64,000 nt of DNA from Nitrospirota bacterium (GCA_963740085.1 CAVUCU010000007.1:32001-96000); one strand, 5' to 3'. Counted from the first letter of the stretch, positions 10,946 through 21,457 are shown. Made by a program: numbers and translations. The notes: a model not told the origin generated them from the sequence alone.

Positions 10946-11106
10946 AATCAAATTCTTCTCGAAATGGAAACAAAATTCAGCCACGAAGACTCCAAGACGC
11001 GAAGAAAACACAACGAATTAGGGACTTAGTGCTGGTCTATGCATGAATTTCTTCATGCCTTCGTGACTTTGTGGCATATTCGGTTCGGACTTGATCCGGC
11101 TTTGGA
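10946..11106. repeat. ~160-bp dispersed element, family A, copy 1
   Basis: Closely similar to 28838-29003 at both ends: AATCAAATTCTTCTC...GCCACGAAGACTCCAAGAC...TGCCTTCG...GGCATATT.GGTTC. Confidence 0.85.
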
Positions 11107-11199
11107 TAATAAATCTCAAATTAGAATGTCACACTGACAAACCTCCCCAAATATGTTATAAATATTTTCATTGACCGTGATCATTCTCATTGGGGAGGA

Positions 11200-11913
11200 A
11201 TGCACATGAAACCCTTGATCGGTATCACCATGAACCATGAGGCGCAGCCAGCCAGGGACCTTAATCTTCTCGATCAGGATTATGGCAAGGCGGTATTTCG
11301 GGCGGGCGGATTTCCCGTCCCCATCCTGGGGATCGAACAATCCATTCCCGATCTGGCGAAACGCCTGGACGGTTTTGTATTCACCGGGGGAGATGATATT
11401 GACCCGCGCTTCTATAAAGAGAAGCCCTTGTCGGGCGTGCGCGTCACGATCTCTCCCGATGAGCGCATCCGATTCGAGATCGAGCTCTTCAAGGCTGTGA
11501 CATGTGCGAAGAAACCCGTGCTGGCCATTTGCTACGGCGCGCAACTCGTGAATGTCGCCCTGGGAGGGAAGTTGTATCAGGACATCGGGCAACAGATCCC
11601 GAACCCCATTAAACACGGCGCGGCGCGACCCGGGGAAAAGGTCTTTCATGATGTCGACATCTTCGAGGGGACGCTGCTTTCGCGGATTCTGGGGGCTCCC
11701 CGGATCCGGGTCCGGAGCTCTCACCACCAGAGCGTGAAAAACCCGGGCAAGGGGCTCCATCTTTCCGCGGCCTCTCACGACCGGGTGATCGAGGCCTTTG
11801 AGCCGCGGACGCATAACTTTCTCATAGCCGTACAATGGCACCCGGAAAAGACACCCAATGACCGATACACGAAGAAACTTTTCAAGGCACTCGTCAGCGC
11901 ATCCCGGAAATGA
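11200..11913 (+). CDS. Peptidase C26 / gamma-glutamyl-GABA hydrolase family
   Basis: TGGDDIDP, AICYGAQ and AVQWHPE triad motifs. Confidence 0.9.
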   Translation: MHMKPLIGITMNHEAQPARDLNLLDQDYGKAVFRAGGFPVPILGIEQSIPDLAKRLDGFVFTGGDDIDPRFYKEKPLSGVRVTISPDERIRFEIELFKAVTCAKKPVLAICYGAQLVNVALGGKLYQDIGQQIPNPIKHGAARPGEKVFHDVDIFEGTLLSRILGAPRIRVRSSHHQSVKNPGKGLHLSAASHDRVIEAFEPRTHNFLIAVQWHPEKTPNDRYTKKLFKALVSASRK

Positions 11914-11932
11914 TCCCCGGAGATCGACCTGG

Positions 11933-13516
11933 ATGCGCGCCGCGTTCCTGCGCCTTTTCCTTTGTACACTGTTCCTCGCCGCTGCCCTCGGCTGCCACAG
12001 GTCCGACGAGGGGCGACTTCCGGGCCATCTTTACCTCCGGCTGAACAACAACCCGACAACGCTCGATCCCGCTTTGATAACCGATGTTCAAGGAGGCGGG
12101 ATCTCGGCTAAACTCTTCAATGGTCTCGTCCGCTTCAACGAGAACCTCGACCTTATCCCCGATATCGCCCATTCATGGAAACTGTCCGATGACCACGTGA
12201 CCTATACGTTTCGGCTCAGACGTGATGTCCGTTTCAGCAATGGCAGGAAGATCACGGCGCAGGACTTCAAATATTCCTTTGAACGCGTACTCACCCCCGG
12301 GACGAAAGCTCCTCTCACCTGGGTGCTCGACAGGATCGAAGGGGCAGGCGACTTTATCGCGGGTAAGGCCGCGAGCGTCTCCGGTATCCGCGTCGTCAAC
12401 GACCACACGCTCCAGCTCAAACTGCAAAAACCGTTCGGACCCTTCCTCTCCCTCCTTGCCATGACCACGGCATATGTGGTTCCCCATGAGGAGGTGGAGC
12501 GGCTCGGACAGGACTTCGGCACCCACCCTGTTGGCAGCGGCCCTTATCTGCTCACGGAGTGGAAACACGGTCAATTCATCATCCTCACGGCGCGAGAGGA
12601 CTATTTCGAAGGAAGGCCGAAGCTGAATGGCATCGTCTACCGTGTCATCCCCGAAGACCTCACTGCGGTGATGGAATTCGAGACCGGACACCTGGACGTG
12701 CTCCAGATACCCTCATCGGAATACAAGCGCTATACGACCGATCCCGCATGGCGTGACCAGGTATACGGCAAACCCGGCTTGAACAGCTATTATCTCGGCC
12801 TCAACTGCACACGACCTCCATTCGATGATATCCGTGTTCGGCAGGCAGTGAATTTTGCCGTCGACCGAAAGCATATTTTAAATACGCTCTTTGAAAAAAG
12901 GGGCGTGCTTGCCGTTGGACCGGTCCCGCCCGGGCTTTGGAAGAGCAAGGTGTTCCTGCAGAATAGAGAAGGATACGGTTATGATCCGGTCAAGGCCAGG
13001 AAACTCATTCGCGACGCAGGCGCTGCGGGGAAAACAATTAAGATCTACATCACTGCGGATCCCGAGGTTCTCGATATCATCGAGGTCGTCCAGAGCTATC
13101 TTTCCAAGGCAGGGCTCAAATCAGATATCGTACAACTTGACTGGAGCGCCTTCAAGAACGCGGTAAATGAAGGAGAACCTGACGCGTTCTGGCTTTCCTG
13201 GTGGGCCGATTATCCGGACCCGGAAAACTTCCTCTTTCCTCTTTTCCATTCAGCGAACGCCGGTTCCTCCGGGAACCGGACACGTTGTTCCGATCCGGAA
13301 CTCGACCGGCTGATCGACACTGCTCAACAGACCATGGACGAAAGACTCCGCTACCGCCTCTACCGTCAGGCCGAAGACCGGATCATCAAGAACGCGCCCT
13401 GGCTCTTCATGTGGCATAAAGCCGACTATTTCGTGATCCAGCCGTGGGTAAAGGATTTCAAGATCTATCCTATTTACTCCATTGACAAACGAGTCGATGC
13501 GACCGTGACGAGATAA
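11933..13516 (+). CDS. Family 5 (peptide/nickel) ABC substrate-binding lipoprotein
   Basis: Lipobox AALGC; TLDP, PVGSGPY and WADYPDP. Confidence 0.92.
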   Translation: MRAAFLRLFLCTLFLAAALGCHRSDEGRLPGHLYLRLNNNPTTLDPALITDVQGGGISAKLFNGLVRFNENLDLIPDIAHSWKLSDDHVTYTFRLRRDVRFSNGRKITAQDFKYSFERVLTPGTKAPLTWVLDRIEGAGDFIAGKAASVSGIRVVNDHTLQLKLQKPFGPFLSLLAMTTAYVVPHEEVERLGQDFGTHPVGSGPYLLTEWKHGQFIILTAREDYFEGRPKLNGIVYRVIPEDLTAVMEFETGHLDVLQIPSSEYKRYTTDPAWRDQVYGKPGLNSYYLGLNCTRPPFDDIRVRQAVNFAVDRKHILNTLFEKRGVLAVGPVPPGLWKSKVFLQNREGYGYDPVKARKLIRDAGAAGKTIKIYITADPEVLDIIEVVQSYLSKAGLKSDIVQLDWSAFKNAVNEGEPDAFWLSWWADYPDPENFLFPLFHSANAGSSGNRTRCSDPELDRLIDTAQQTMDERLRYRLYRQAEDRIIKNAPWLFMWHKADYFVIQPWVKDFKIYPIYSIDKRVDATVTR

Positions 13517-13589
13517 AGTTCGGGACAACAGGCCCTTTTGTCTTCAACCTTCCGTCTTCGGCCTGTTGTTCGCGGATCCGCCCTTCGAT

Positions 13590-13976
13590 CTATCCTTTCC
13601 ATAAATGGAGCGACTTTTCCACCTTTGCTTTCAGCTCAGGGGTAAACTCCTTGATACCGTGGGCATCACGCGTGTGAACCGCAACACCGTCGGCGATCAA
13701 CTCCTCGGTCTGCGCAACGTACTTCCAGTCACAGGAATAACCCAGGTCCTTGCACCTGAATTCCTTCATCTCCAGACCCTCTGCTTTTTCTGCTTCGATC
13801 GGGTCGGGATTGCTAAAAGCGTTCTTGATCTTCGCCACCATATCCGCCGTAAGCGACTTCATCCCGTGGACGTCGCGCAGATGGACCGCTACGACATCTG
13901 CAAGCAGCTCCTCTGTTTTGGCAATATGCTTCCACGAACATTTATTTCCAAGGCTTGCGCATTTAAACTCTTTCAT
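13590..13976 (-). CDS. Tandem two-domain DUF1059 protein
   Basis: Two MKEF(K/R)C..LG..C.W...A.TEEL.......H..D.HG repeats. Confidence 0.85.
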   Translation of the reverse strand: MKEFKCASLGNKCSWKHIAKTEELLADVVAVHLRDVHGMKSLTADMVAKIKNAFSNPDPIEAEKAEGLEMKEFRCKDLGYSCDWKYVAQTEELIADGVAVHTRDAHGIKEFTPELKAKVEKSLHLWKG

Positions 13977-14133
13977 GTCACTCCTCCTCTCCCGGTTCCC
14001 GGCATTGAAATAAGATGGTATATATCCTGCTTAAAGTATAGCACAAAAACCGGAATCGGTTTACCAACAACCCGCGAAGCGATACTTTAGTCAGACAACA
14101 GAGAATTTTTTTTAATTCGAAGGACCTGATTAA

Positions 14134-14171
14134 CAAAAAAAACGCCGGTTAAAAGAAAATAACCGGCGGTC
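14134..14171 (-). terminator. Intrinsic terminator after ccsB
   Basis: CGCCGGTTA/TAACCGGCG stem followed by a T-run on the minus strand. Confidence 0.75.
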
Positions 14172-14217
14172 AAATACTTATTGAGACGTTGTCTTGCAAA
14201 GACGGATATTTTTACTC

Positions 14218-15459
14218 TTAGTTCATGCCGCCGTACGAATGGAGTCCGGAGAGCACGAGATTGACTCCGAGATACGTAAAGATCACGGCAAGGAACCCCA
14301 CGGCGGAAATGACCGCCATCTGCGTCCCCTTCCATCCGCGCACATAACGCGCATGGAGATAGATGGCGTACACGAACCAGGTGATGAGCGACCACGTTTC
14401 TTTCGGGTCCCAGCTCCAGTACGTGCCCCAGGCGCTGTTTGCCCAGACCGCGCCCGTGATGATACCGCCGGTCAAAAGCGGCCAGCCAATGGCTATCATG
14501 CGGTAGGTCACATCGTCGAGCTGGTCCAGCGCAGGCATATACTGCTTCAGCAGTTTCTTGAGCCTCATGCCCTGCGACCAGATCAGCCAGAACACGGCAA
14601 GCACCGCCAGCCAGCTGACAAGCGCTATTGGAACGGATGGATTGAGAAAGGTCGCTTCGAAAAGATGTTTCTTGAACGACTCGCCTTCAGCCAGGGGGTG
14701 GGAAAAAAGGGATATGGAATCGATGCCCATGCCCGCGAGGAGACTGATTGTCATGGTCACGCAGAGCGACCAGAACAGAAAGACCTGGGACTTGTGTTTC
14801 GACCCTGCACTGATCAGATAGATGAACCAGATGAGGATCAGCGCGCCAAGACCCATCCAGAAGGCGGTCTTCAACCGCTCTCCCTGGCTTGCCATGAAAT
14901 TCCCGAGCAGCGCGAGGACCACGATCGCCCCGATCCCGGTATAGAGGTGGCGCGTGGGACCGTGCTCCTCCGTGTCCATGAGCAGATAGATCATGCTGAC
15001 GGCAAAGGCTATCCCGAAGGCCGCGTAGCCCAGGAAGCTGATGAGGACATGATAGAACAACCAGTTGCTCTTGAGCGCCGGGACCAGCGGCGTTATGTCC
15101 TTGCTGATCCCCGCCACGTTGATGAACGCGAGCGCGAGAAAGGCAACCGGAAGCACGAATGCGCCGAAGGCCCTGGTTTTATACTTGTACTCGACGACGA
15201 GATAGATGAGCACGGTGCTCCAGGTGAAAAAGACGAGGGATTCATACAGATTCGATAAAGGCACCCTGCCGATATCCATCTGGTACGATTCCCTCCATCG
15301 AAGGAAAAGGGCGACCGTCTGGATCACCCACCCGGTCAAGGTCACGATCGATGCGATCTTGCCGATCCCTTCCTTGCGAAATGCGAGGTAGCTGATATAG
15401 AGCACCATCGCCACCAGATATGCCAATGTTGCTAAATTGAAAAGCAAGGAACTTTCCAT
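14218..15459 (-). CDS. ccsB: Cytochrome c biogenesis heme-handling protein CcsA/ResC (CcsB)
   Basis: WANSAWGTYWSWDPKETW (WWD domain), YLH and GLHSY. Confidence 0.95.
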   Translation of the reverse strand: MESSLLFNLATLAYLVAMVLYISYLAFRKEGIGKIASIVTLTGWVIQTVALFLRWRESYQMDIGRVPLSNLYESLVFFTWSTVLIYLVVEYKYKTRAFGAFVLPVAFLALAFINVAGISKDITPLVPALKSNWLFYHVLISFLGYAAFGIAFAVSMIYLLMDTEEHGPTRHLYTGIGAIVVLALLGNFMASQGERLKTAFWMGLGALILIWFIYLISAGSKHKSQVFLFWSLCVTMTISLLAGMGIDSISLFSHPLAEGESFKKHLFEATFLNPSVPIALVSWLAVLAVFWLIWSQGMRLKKLLKQYMPALDQLDDVTYRMIAIGWPLLTGGIITGAVWANSAWGTYWSWDPKETWSLITWFVYAIYLHARYVRGWKGTQMAVISAVGFLAVIFTYLGVNLVLSGLHSYGGMN

Positions 15460-15483
15460 CTATCCCTCCTGAACGATACGCTC

Positions 15484-16992
15484 TTACTTGGAAATCTCGT
15501 CAATAATTACATTAAATTCGCGCTCGAACCCCATGCGGTTCCTGTTGACGGTGCCCGCCACGGTGACCACGGCATGTCCTGCCCGGTCCTGGACCCTTAC
15601 CCACAGCTTCTTGTGGGAACCGAAGAACGCGATCAGCGGTCCGATGCAGAGTAAAATAAATCCGGTATACACCACCAGGACTCCCGGGTCCTTCGTTACC
15701 TGCAAACCGGTGTACCGCGTGCCCCAATAGCCGCCGTAGCCGATGACGTAGCCCTCAGGCAGGTAGGGCTGTCCCGAGTCCGTCTTCATAACAGTGGTCT
15801 TGTAAACCGGCTTCTTGCCGTCATATATTTCGAGTTCCACCGTGGGGTTGATGTATTCATCATTCTGGGATTGATAGAACATGACCTGACCCGAGGCCGG
15901 GTCCCTTATTCCATACGGCGCGAAGCCGAGCGCTTTGATCGTCCGGTTGATCGAGGGAACGTACACCGATCCGCCCGGATCAACGGTCACCGTCTCACCG
16001 ACGGACTCGGGACTGCTCTTGCTTCGGATGTTCAGGATTATCTTTCCACGGGCCTCCGGGATCGTCCCGTAGCTGGACTGATAGAAGGTGATGCCGCGAT
16101 AGGTGAGCGGATCGTTCACCCGGATGCGCTTGTCCAGGACCTTATGGCTATCAAGGTCGAAGACGGAGAGCGTGCTGTGAAATTCCGACGGCATGCCGGT
16201 CGGCTGACCCGAAGGACTGACGTAATAGTCCACGTCAAAATTGTCGCATCGGACAAAGAAACCCAGCGGCATGGAGGGAACTCCTCCCTCCGGATTGGGG
16301 ATCACCGGACTCCCGGCGATGCCCAGGGCGGACATGATCTTGTCCCACATTGGCTCATTCCTGAGATAAACGACTTTTGACGCAGAGCCCTCGGGAAGGT
16401 TCAAGAATGCCTTGAACCCGAAAAAGGAGCCGATCAGCGCTCCGACAAAAATGAGAATAATGCTGGTATGCGTAACGTACACACCCAGACGGCTGAAGAC
16501 GCCTTTCTGGGTCATGAACTGGGTCATCCCGGCGCTCTTTGATTCGACAAAGCGGTATCGGCGCGCATTCAGAACCTTGACCGCGCGCTCCTCGGCCTTA
16601 TCCATGCCGCCCTTGAAAGATATCTCTTTTTTGAACAGTACGGCCTTCAAACTGTCTTCGTCGATCGGTTTGAGCGGAGCCGAGATGATCCGCAACGTAT
16701 GCGGCAGGCGCTCGAGGGTGCATACCGTCAGATTCGCCGTAAGGAGGAAAAGAAGGAGCACGAACCACCAGGTATGGTACATGTCGAAGAAGCCGATCGT
16801 CTCGAACAGCTGGACCGTTGTCTGGCTGTACTCGAGCAGGTATCTTTCCGGGGCTTCATTCTGCTGGATCACCGTGCCAATGACCGAGACGATCGCCAGA
16901 ATGATGAGCAGGACGACCGCAAGCTTTACGGAAGAGAAAAATTTCCAGACCTTATCTGCAGCGATTTCAATTATTCCTTTTTTATTCTCCAA
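15484..16992 (-). CDS. resB: Cytochrome c biogenesis protein ResB/Ccs1
   Basis: FFSSVKLAV, GTVIQQ, VTHTS, VNDPL.Y.GITFYQSSY and GLQVTKDPG; TTG start. Confidence 0.93.
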   Translation of the reverse strand: MENKKGIIEIAADKVWKFFSSVKLAVVLLIILAIVSVIGTVIQQNEAPERYLLEYSQTTVQLFETIGFFDMYHTWWFVLLLFLLTANLTVCTLERLPHTLRIISAPLKPIDEDSLKAVLFKKEISFKGGMDKAEERAVKVLNARRYRFVESKSAGMTQFMTQKGVFSRLGVYVTHTSIILIFVGALIGSFFGFKAFLNLPEGSASKVVYLRNEPMWDKIMSALGIAGSPVIPNPEGGVPSMPLGFFVRCDNFDVDYYVSPSGQPTGMPSEFHSTLSVFDLDSHKVLDKRIRVNDPLTYRGITFYQSSYGTIPEARGKIILNIRSKSSPESVGETVTVDPGGSVYVPSINRTIKALGFAPYGIRDPASGQVMFYQSQNDEYINPTVELEIYDGKKPVYKTTVMKTDSGQPYLPEGYVIGYGGYWGTRYTGLQVTKDPGVLVVYTGFILLCIGPLIAFFGSHKKLWVRVQDRAGHAVVTVAGTVNRNRMGFEREFNVIIDEISK

Positions 16993-17212
16993 CGCACCCT
17001 CCCGCGTGAAAACAGTGGCAATACGTTAACATATCGGCCGGCAACGTGTCAAGAAGTTTACCGTTCTTTTGCCGATCTTCAGCTGCTCCGCGTCACTAAA
17101 TATGGACGAGCAAATCTCCCCTCGATCCTCTCTGCCGGGGAGGGATATCATTCCCTGCGGAGCCTGCCCTCAGCGAAGTCGAAGGGAAGGGAAAGCCGAG
17201 GTTGGGAAGGAT

Positions 17213-18631
17213 TTAATAAATATGCCAAGACAAGTATGAGACGGTGAATAAATACGCATGGATCGCCTGCGCCGCTTTTCTTCCGGCTCCGAGCGCAGAG
17301 ATGACGGTTGCGGACCCGGTCACGATGTCGCCGCCGGCGTACACCCCCGTGCGGCTGGTACGGCCCTTCTCGTCGGCGATGATGTAGCCGCAATTGTTGA
17401 CCGCAAGGTCACTGGTGCTCCGCGATACGAGCGGATTGGCGTTCGTTCCCACAGCCATGATCACCGTATCGGCCTTGACCAGGAACTCCGACCCCTTCTT
17501 CGGGAACGAACAACAGCGTCCAGATGCATCGGGCGCTCCCAGCTCCATACGCTCGCATTCAACGGCGGTCACATGGCCGTTCTCTCCGACGATCCTGACC
17601 GGACTCGTCAGGAGTTCGAAAATAAGACCTTCTTCCTTTGCATGATGGACCTCTTCCCGGCGCGCCGGCATCTCCGCTTCAGAGCGGCGGTAGATGATCA
17701 CCGTTTCCCGGGCCCCGAGGCGCATGGCGGTCCGGGCGGAATCAATGGCCACATTCCCTCCACCCACCACGGCGACACGCTCTCCCCTCCTGATCGGAGT
17801 ATCGTATTCCGGCGTCGAATAGGCCCGCATCAGGTTGATCCGTGTAAGAAACTCGTTGGCTGAATACACGCCGGAGAGATGCTCGCCCTCAATGCCCATG
17901 AATTTCGGCAACCCCGCTCCTGTTCCGATGAAGACGGCATCAAAATCCCGCATGAGTTCGTCCACGCTTATGAGTTTGCCTACCACGGCATTCGTGACGA
18001 TCTCAACGCCCATTTTTCTCAGGACCGCGATCTCACGAGCCACGATCCTTTTCGGAAGACGGAACTCGGGGATCCCGTAGACAAGCACTCCGCCCGCCTC
18101 ATGGAGGGCCTCAAAGATGGTCACCTTATGACCCAGTTTTGCGAGATCGTAAGCGCAAGCCAGACCGGACGGACCGCTCCCCACGATCGCGACCTTTTTT
18201 CCCGTCAGCACGACTGCCGTCGGAGCATCTTGCCGCCCCTGCTCGGCCGCCCAATCCGCAATAAACCGTTCCAGACGGCCGATGGCCACGGGTTCGAATT
18301 TTTTTCCAAGCGTGCAGCGTTGCTCGCACTGGGTCTCCTGGGGACAGACACGGCCGCAGACGGCGGGCAGGAGGTTTTCGCTCAGAATGATCTTGAGCGC
18401 CTGGTCGAACTCTCCCCCCTTGATCGCCTGGATGAACCGGGGTATGGGGACGCCCACCGGACAACCGGCAATACACTTCGGGTCCTTGCAGTTCAGACAT
18501 CGTCCCGCTTCCGTGCGCGCCATCTCCGGTGAGTAACCGAGAGAAACCTCGTCAAAGTTCGCTCGTCGCTTCCGGGGGTCCTGTTCGGGGATTGGTGTTT
18601 TATGCGGGATGATCTTTGACGGCTTGTTCAA
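17213..18631 (-). CDS. nfnB: NfnB (GltA/SudA-like) large subunit of electron-bifurcating transhydrogenase
   Basis: RCLNC..P.C..GCP, GRVCPQETQCE, GSGPSG and GGGNVA; paired with nfnA. Confidence 0.88.
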   Translation of the reverse strand: MNKPSKIIPHKTPIPEQDPRKRRANFDEVSLGYSPEMARTEAGRCLNCKDPKCIAGCPVGVPIPRFIQAIKGGEFDQALKIILSENLLPAVCGRVCPQETQCEQRCTLGKKFEPVAIGRLERFIADWAAEQGRQDAPTAVVLTGKKVAIVGSGPSGLACAYDLAKLGHKVTIFEALHEAGGVLVYGIPEFRLPKRIVAREIAVLRKMGVEIVTNAVVGKLISVDELMRDFDAVFIGTGAGLPKFMGIEGEHLSGVYSANEFLTRINLMRAYSTPEYDTPIRRGERVAVVGGGNVAIDSARTAMRLGARETVIIYRRSEAEMPARREEVHHAKEEGLIFELLTSPVRIVGENGHVTAVECERMELGAPDASGRCCSFPKKGSEFLVKADTVIMAVGTNANPLVSRSTSDLAVNNCGYIIADEKGRTSRTGVYAGGDIVTGSATVISALGAGRKAAQAIHAYLFTVSYLSWHIY

Positions 18632-18685
18632 CTGAAAATACCTTTCAGCAATCAGGTCCGATGAAAAACCTTTCGTAGATACACA

Positions 18686-18830
18686 GCCACAAAAAGCACA
18701 TAAGTCACAAAATGAGCTTCTTAATTTCTATCTTTGGAGAACCATACTTTATCAGCTGAGATCTGATTACGCAACCCTAAGATATCCTTTTCGTTCCTCA
18801 CTTCTTGTGCCCTCGGTGCTTTATGTGGCC
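18686..18830. repeat. Periodic palindromic element between nfnA and nfnB
   Basis: GCCACAAAAAGCACATAAGTCACAA ... TTGTGCCCTCGGTGCTTTATGTGGC inverted arms. Confidence 0.7.
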
Positions 18831-18845
18831 ATCATGCCACGGTTA

Positions 18846-19712
18846 TTATTCACAAACAGGCTGCCTTTCTTTACCCAGCATCCGGTCGTGGCGCTGTTTC
18901 CATGTTTCGAAGGACTCCTGCTCTTCGCTCTTATAAGCCTTCTGTCGGTTCATGAGCAGGTCCCAGTCCACCAGGTGACCATCGAACTCGGGTCCGTCGG
19001 TACACGCGAATTTCGTCTCACCGCCCACGGACACGCGGCAACCGCCGCACATCCCGGTGCCGTCGATCATGATGGGGTTCAGGCTGACGATCGTCCTGAC
19101 GTTGAACGGCTTCGTGGCCTCGCACACGAACTTCATCATGATGGCCGGTCCCACGGCCATGACCAGGCCGGCGCCGACCATTTCCAGTTCCTGCTTCAGT
19201 GCCGTGGTCACGACGCCCTTTATTCCTTTGCTTCCGTCATCGGTCGTGACCAGCACCTTGTCGCTTACCTGCTGCATCTCCTGCTCATAGATCAGCAGGT
19301 CCCTGCTCCTCGCCCCCATGATGACCGTTACCGCGTTTCCCGCTGCCTTAAAGGCCCGCGCGATAGGGTAAAGCGGCGCTGCGCCGAAACCTCCGCCCAC
19401 AAGGATCACCTTGCCCACCTGTTCGATATGGGTCGGCATGCCCAGGGGGCCGCAGAGATCAAGGATGTCATCACCGGCCCGGCATTGCGACAACTCGGTC
19501 GTGGTCTTGCCGACGGCCATCACGATCAGGCTGATCGTCCCATCGACTGGATCGATATCCGCAAGAGAGAGGGGAATACGCTCGCCTCTGTCGTGGAGGC
19601 GAATGATTACGAACTGGCCGGGCAGCGCTTTCCTGGATATCAGGGGCGCGGCGATTTTATAATAATATACGTCGGGCGTACGAATGAGCCTTTTCTCAAG
19701 AATCTTGGCCAT
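18846..19712 (-). CDS. nfnA: NfnA (PyrK/SudB-like) small subunit
   Basis: PGQF, GERIPL, GPLG and DGTGMCGGCR...CTDGPEF. Confidence 0.9.
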   Translation of the reverse strand: MAKILEKRLIRTPDVYYYKIAAPLISRKALPGQFVIIRLHDRGERIPLSLADIDPVDGTISLIVMAVGKTTTELSQCRAGDDILDLCGPLGMPTHIEQVGKVILVGGGFGAAPLYPIARAFKAAGNAVTVIMGARSRDLLIYEQEMQQVSDKVLVTTDDGSKGIKGVVTTALKQELEMVGAGLVMAVGPAIMMKFVCEATKPFNVRTIVSLNPIMIDGTGMCGGCRVSVGGETKFACTDGPEFDGHLVDWDLLMNRQKAYKSEEQESFETWKQRHDRMLGKERQPVCE

Positions 19713-19851
19713 AGCGGGCTATACTACCACATTAAAAAGAACTTTTTCCACCATTAAATTTTCAGGGGGGCTTCTCTCATGAAGCAGGGGAAGACTCTGC
19801 GCAAACCGGGTGCTGCACATTCACCTGTCTTTTTCACGGCTCTTTACCCGC

Positions 19852-20757
19852 CTACTTGCAGATCTCGTCCTGTTTGCACATGCCTTCTTCCCCTGCCGAC
19901 ACGCTCGGCTCCGTCAAGAGGAAGGGCTGAATGAACATATCGCCCGCAGCACCTGTTCCCGGCGCAGAAACAGCGCGCGACGCGTCCTCTTTTGTTTTTC
20001 TCCCGTCGCCCGCCTTGGTTTCCTGCGGCAGCGTGCAGGCCACCAGGTAGCGGAGGATCGCCTCTTTGCCGGTTATGAAGATCTTTTGAGAAGGACTGTT
20101 CACCATGAGCGTTGGGACGGTATCGATACCCATGCTTTTCAGGAAGGTGGAATATTCGGCAACATTGAGATGCTTCACGTTGATCTTCTTTTCATCAAGG
20201 TTTTGTATCACCTCAGCGCAATACTTGCAGTCCTTGCTGAAAAACAGGATGAAACGGTCACCGGCGGGAAGGTCAACAGGAACACCCGCCGGCATCACCA
20301 GATAGAGCAGGCTGAAGACGGCCACGAGGGACAGGAATCCCGCGATGACCTCTCGTTCTCCCTCAAGGAGCCTGACGATCCCAAGGACGACAATGACCGC
20401 GAAGATAATGAGGCAAAAAAGACAGGGGGTATGGATGCTGAAGGCCTGATACCCGGTGAAGAACCCTTCGCATGCCAGAGACACGATCAGGAGCAGGTTG
20501 ATGTACGAACCTGCATTGGTTTTGCTCCAATAGATGTCCAGGAGCGATAAGAGCGCCAGCACAGAGAAGGTCGCGAGACCGATGAGCAGGATCGAGATGT
20601 CGCCGTAGCGAACATACTGCGCCACGACCTTGCATCCCTCGGTCTGGCAGATGCTCCTGCCGAAAGAATTCATGACGATCTCCGTCAGGACAAAGACCGC
20701 TGCCAGCGAGCTCAACGCAAAAAAGATTCTTTTGTAAACTTGTTTTCCGTTCTGCAT
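19852..20757 (-). CDS. VKOR-like membrane domain fused to a thioredoxin-like domain
   Basis: Loop CQTEGC, TM CLFC, then DCKYC and TVPT (cis-Pro motif). Confidence 0.7.
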   Translation of the reverse strand: MQNGKQVYKRIFFALSSLAAVFVLTEIVMNSFGRSICQTEGCKVVAQYVRYGDISILLIGLATFSVLALLSLLDIYWSKTNAGSYINLLLIVSLACEGFFTGYQAFSIHTPCLFCLIIFAVIVVLGIVRLLEGEREVIAGFLSLVAVFSLLYLVMPAGVPVDLPAGDRFILFFSKDCKYCAEVIQNLDEKKINVKHLNVAEYSTFLKSMGIDTVPTLMVNSPSQKIFITGKEAILRYLVACTLPQETKAGDGRKTKEDASRAVSAPGTGAAGDMFIQPFLLTEPSVSAGEEGMCKQDEICK

Positions 20758-20857
20758 TTCGCTTTAAACTCTCCCGCTCTGGTAAATCTGTGCTGCGCAG
20801 TGTACACCCGTAAGCGAAAAACTTCAACACCCTCCCTGGTACGGGGAAGGGGAAGTC

Positions 20858-21003
20858 TTTGACACGGATTTGCACGGATAAAATTCGGATAACAGCGGAT
20901 CATTCCAAAAAGAGTGTTTCTCCCGGCTCGTGACAGCTGAGCAGAAGAATAATTCGTTTTTTATCCGCTTTATCGTATGGCAATCCGCACCTTCAGTGTC
21001 AAA
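20858..21003. repeat. Periodic palindromic element (CACGGAT type)
   Basis: TTTGACACGGATTTGCACGGATAAAATTCGGATAACAGCGGAT ... ATCCGCTTTATC...ATCCGCA...GTGTCAAA. Confidence 0.65.
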
Positions 21004-21457
21004 TGCTGCTCTTTACCGGGACCACCAGCACCTTGCAGGGCGCGTGACCGATGACCCTGGAAACAACGCTGCCCATCATAAGCCGGGTAAGCCCGGTCCG
21101 GCCGTGGCTTCCCATGATGATGGTACTGACCTTGCGTTTTTTCGCCTCCGCGACAATATCCTTGTAAGGCTCGTCACCCAGGTGCAGGATGATCTCGCAT
21201 TTGATGCCTTCCCCGGCGGCCCTCGTTTTTATCCCGTCGAGATATTTTCTCATTTGCCTTTCGAGCTTGTCCGCGGACTTCGCATCCCATATTTCGACCT
21301 CGGCGTTCACCTCGATCACCATCAAAACATATAAGGTGCTCGAACAGGCACTGGCTATCTTGATCGCCTCGTGAACTGCCGTTTTGCTGAATCCCGAACC
21401 GTCCGTGGCAACCAGCAATTTCCCGAATCCCGGTGTTGGACATATCCGTTTTGCCAT
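20999..21457 (-). CDS. Universal stress protein
   Basis: LVATDGS and IIMGSHGRTGL...GSV. Confidence 0.93.
   Translation of the reverse strand: MAKRICPTPGFGKLLVATDGSGFSKTAVHEAIKIASACSSTLYVLMVIEVNAEVEIWDAKSADKLERQMRKYLDGIKTRAAGEGIKCEIILHLGDEPYKDIVAEAKKRKVSTIIMGSHGRTGLTRLMMGSVVSRVIGHAPCKVLVVPVKSSI

Noticed and set aside
9648-10973. Long antisense ORFs (also 14194-15258, 24078-25397, 6739-7770, 18807-19757, 44215-45177)
   Set aside because: Shadow frames of well-supported GC-rich genes, with no recognisable motifs.
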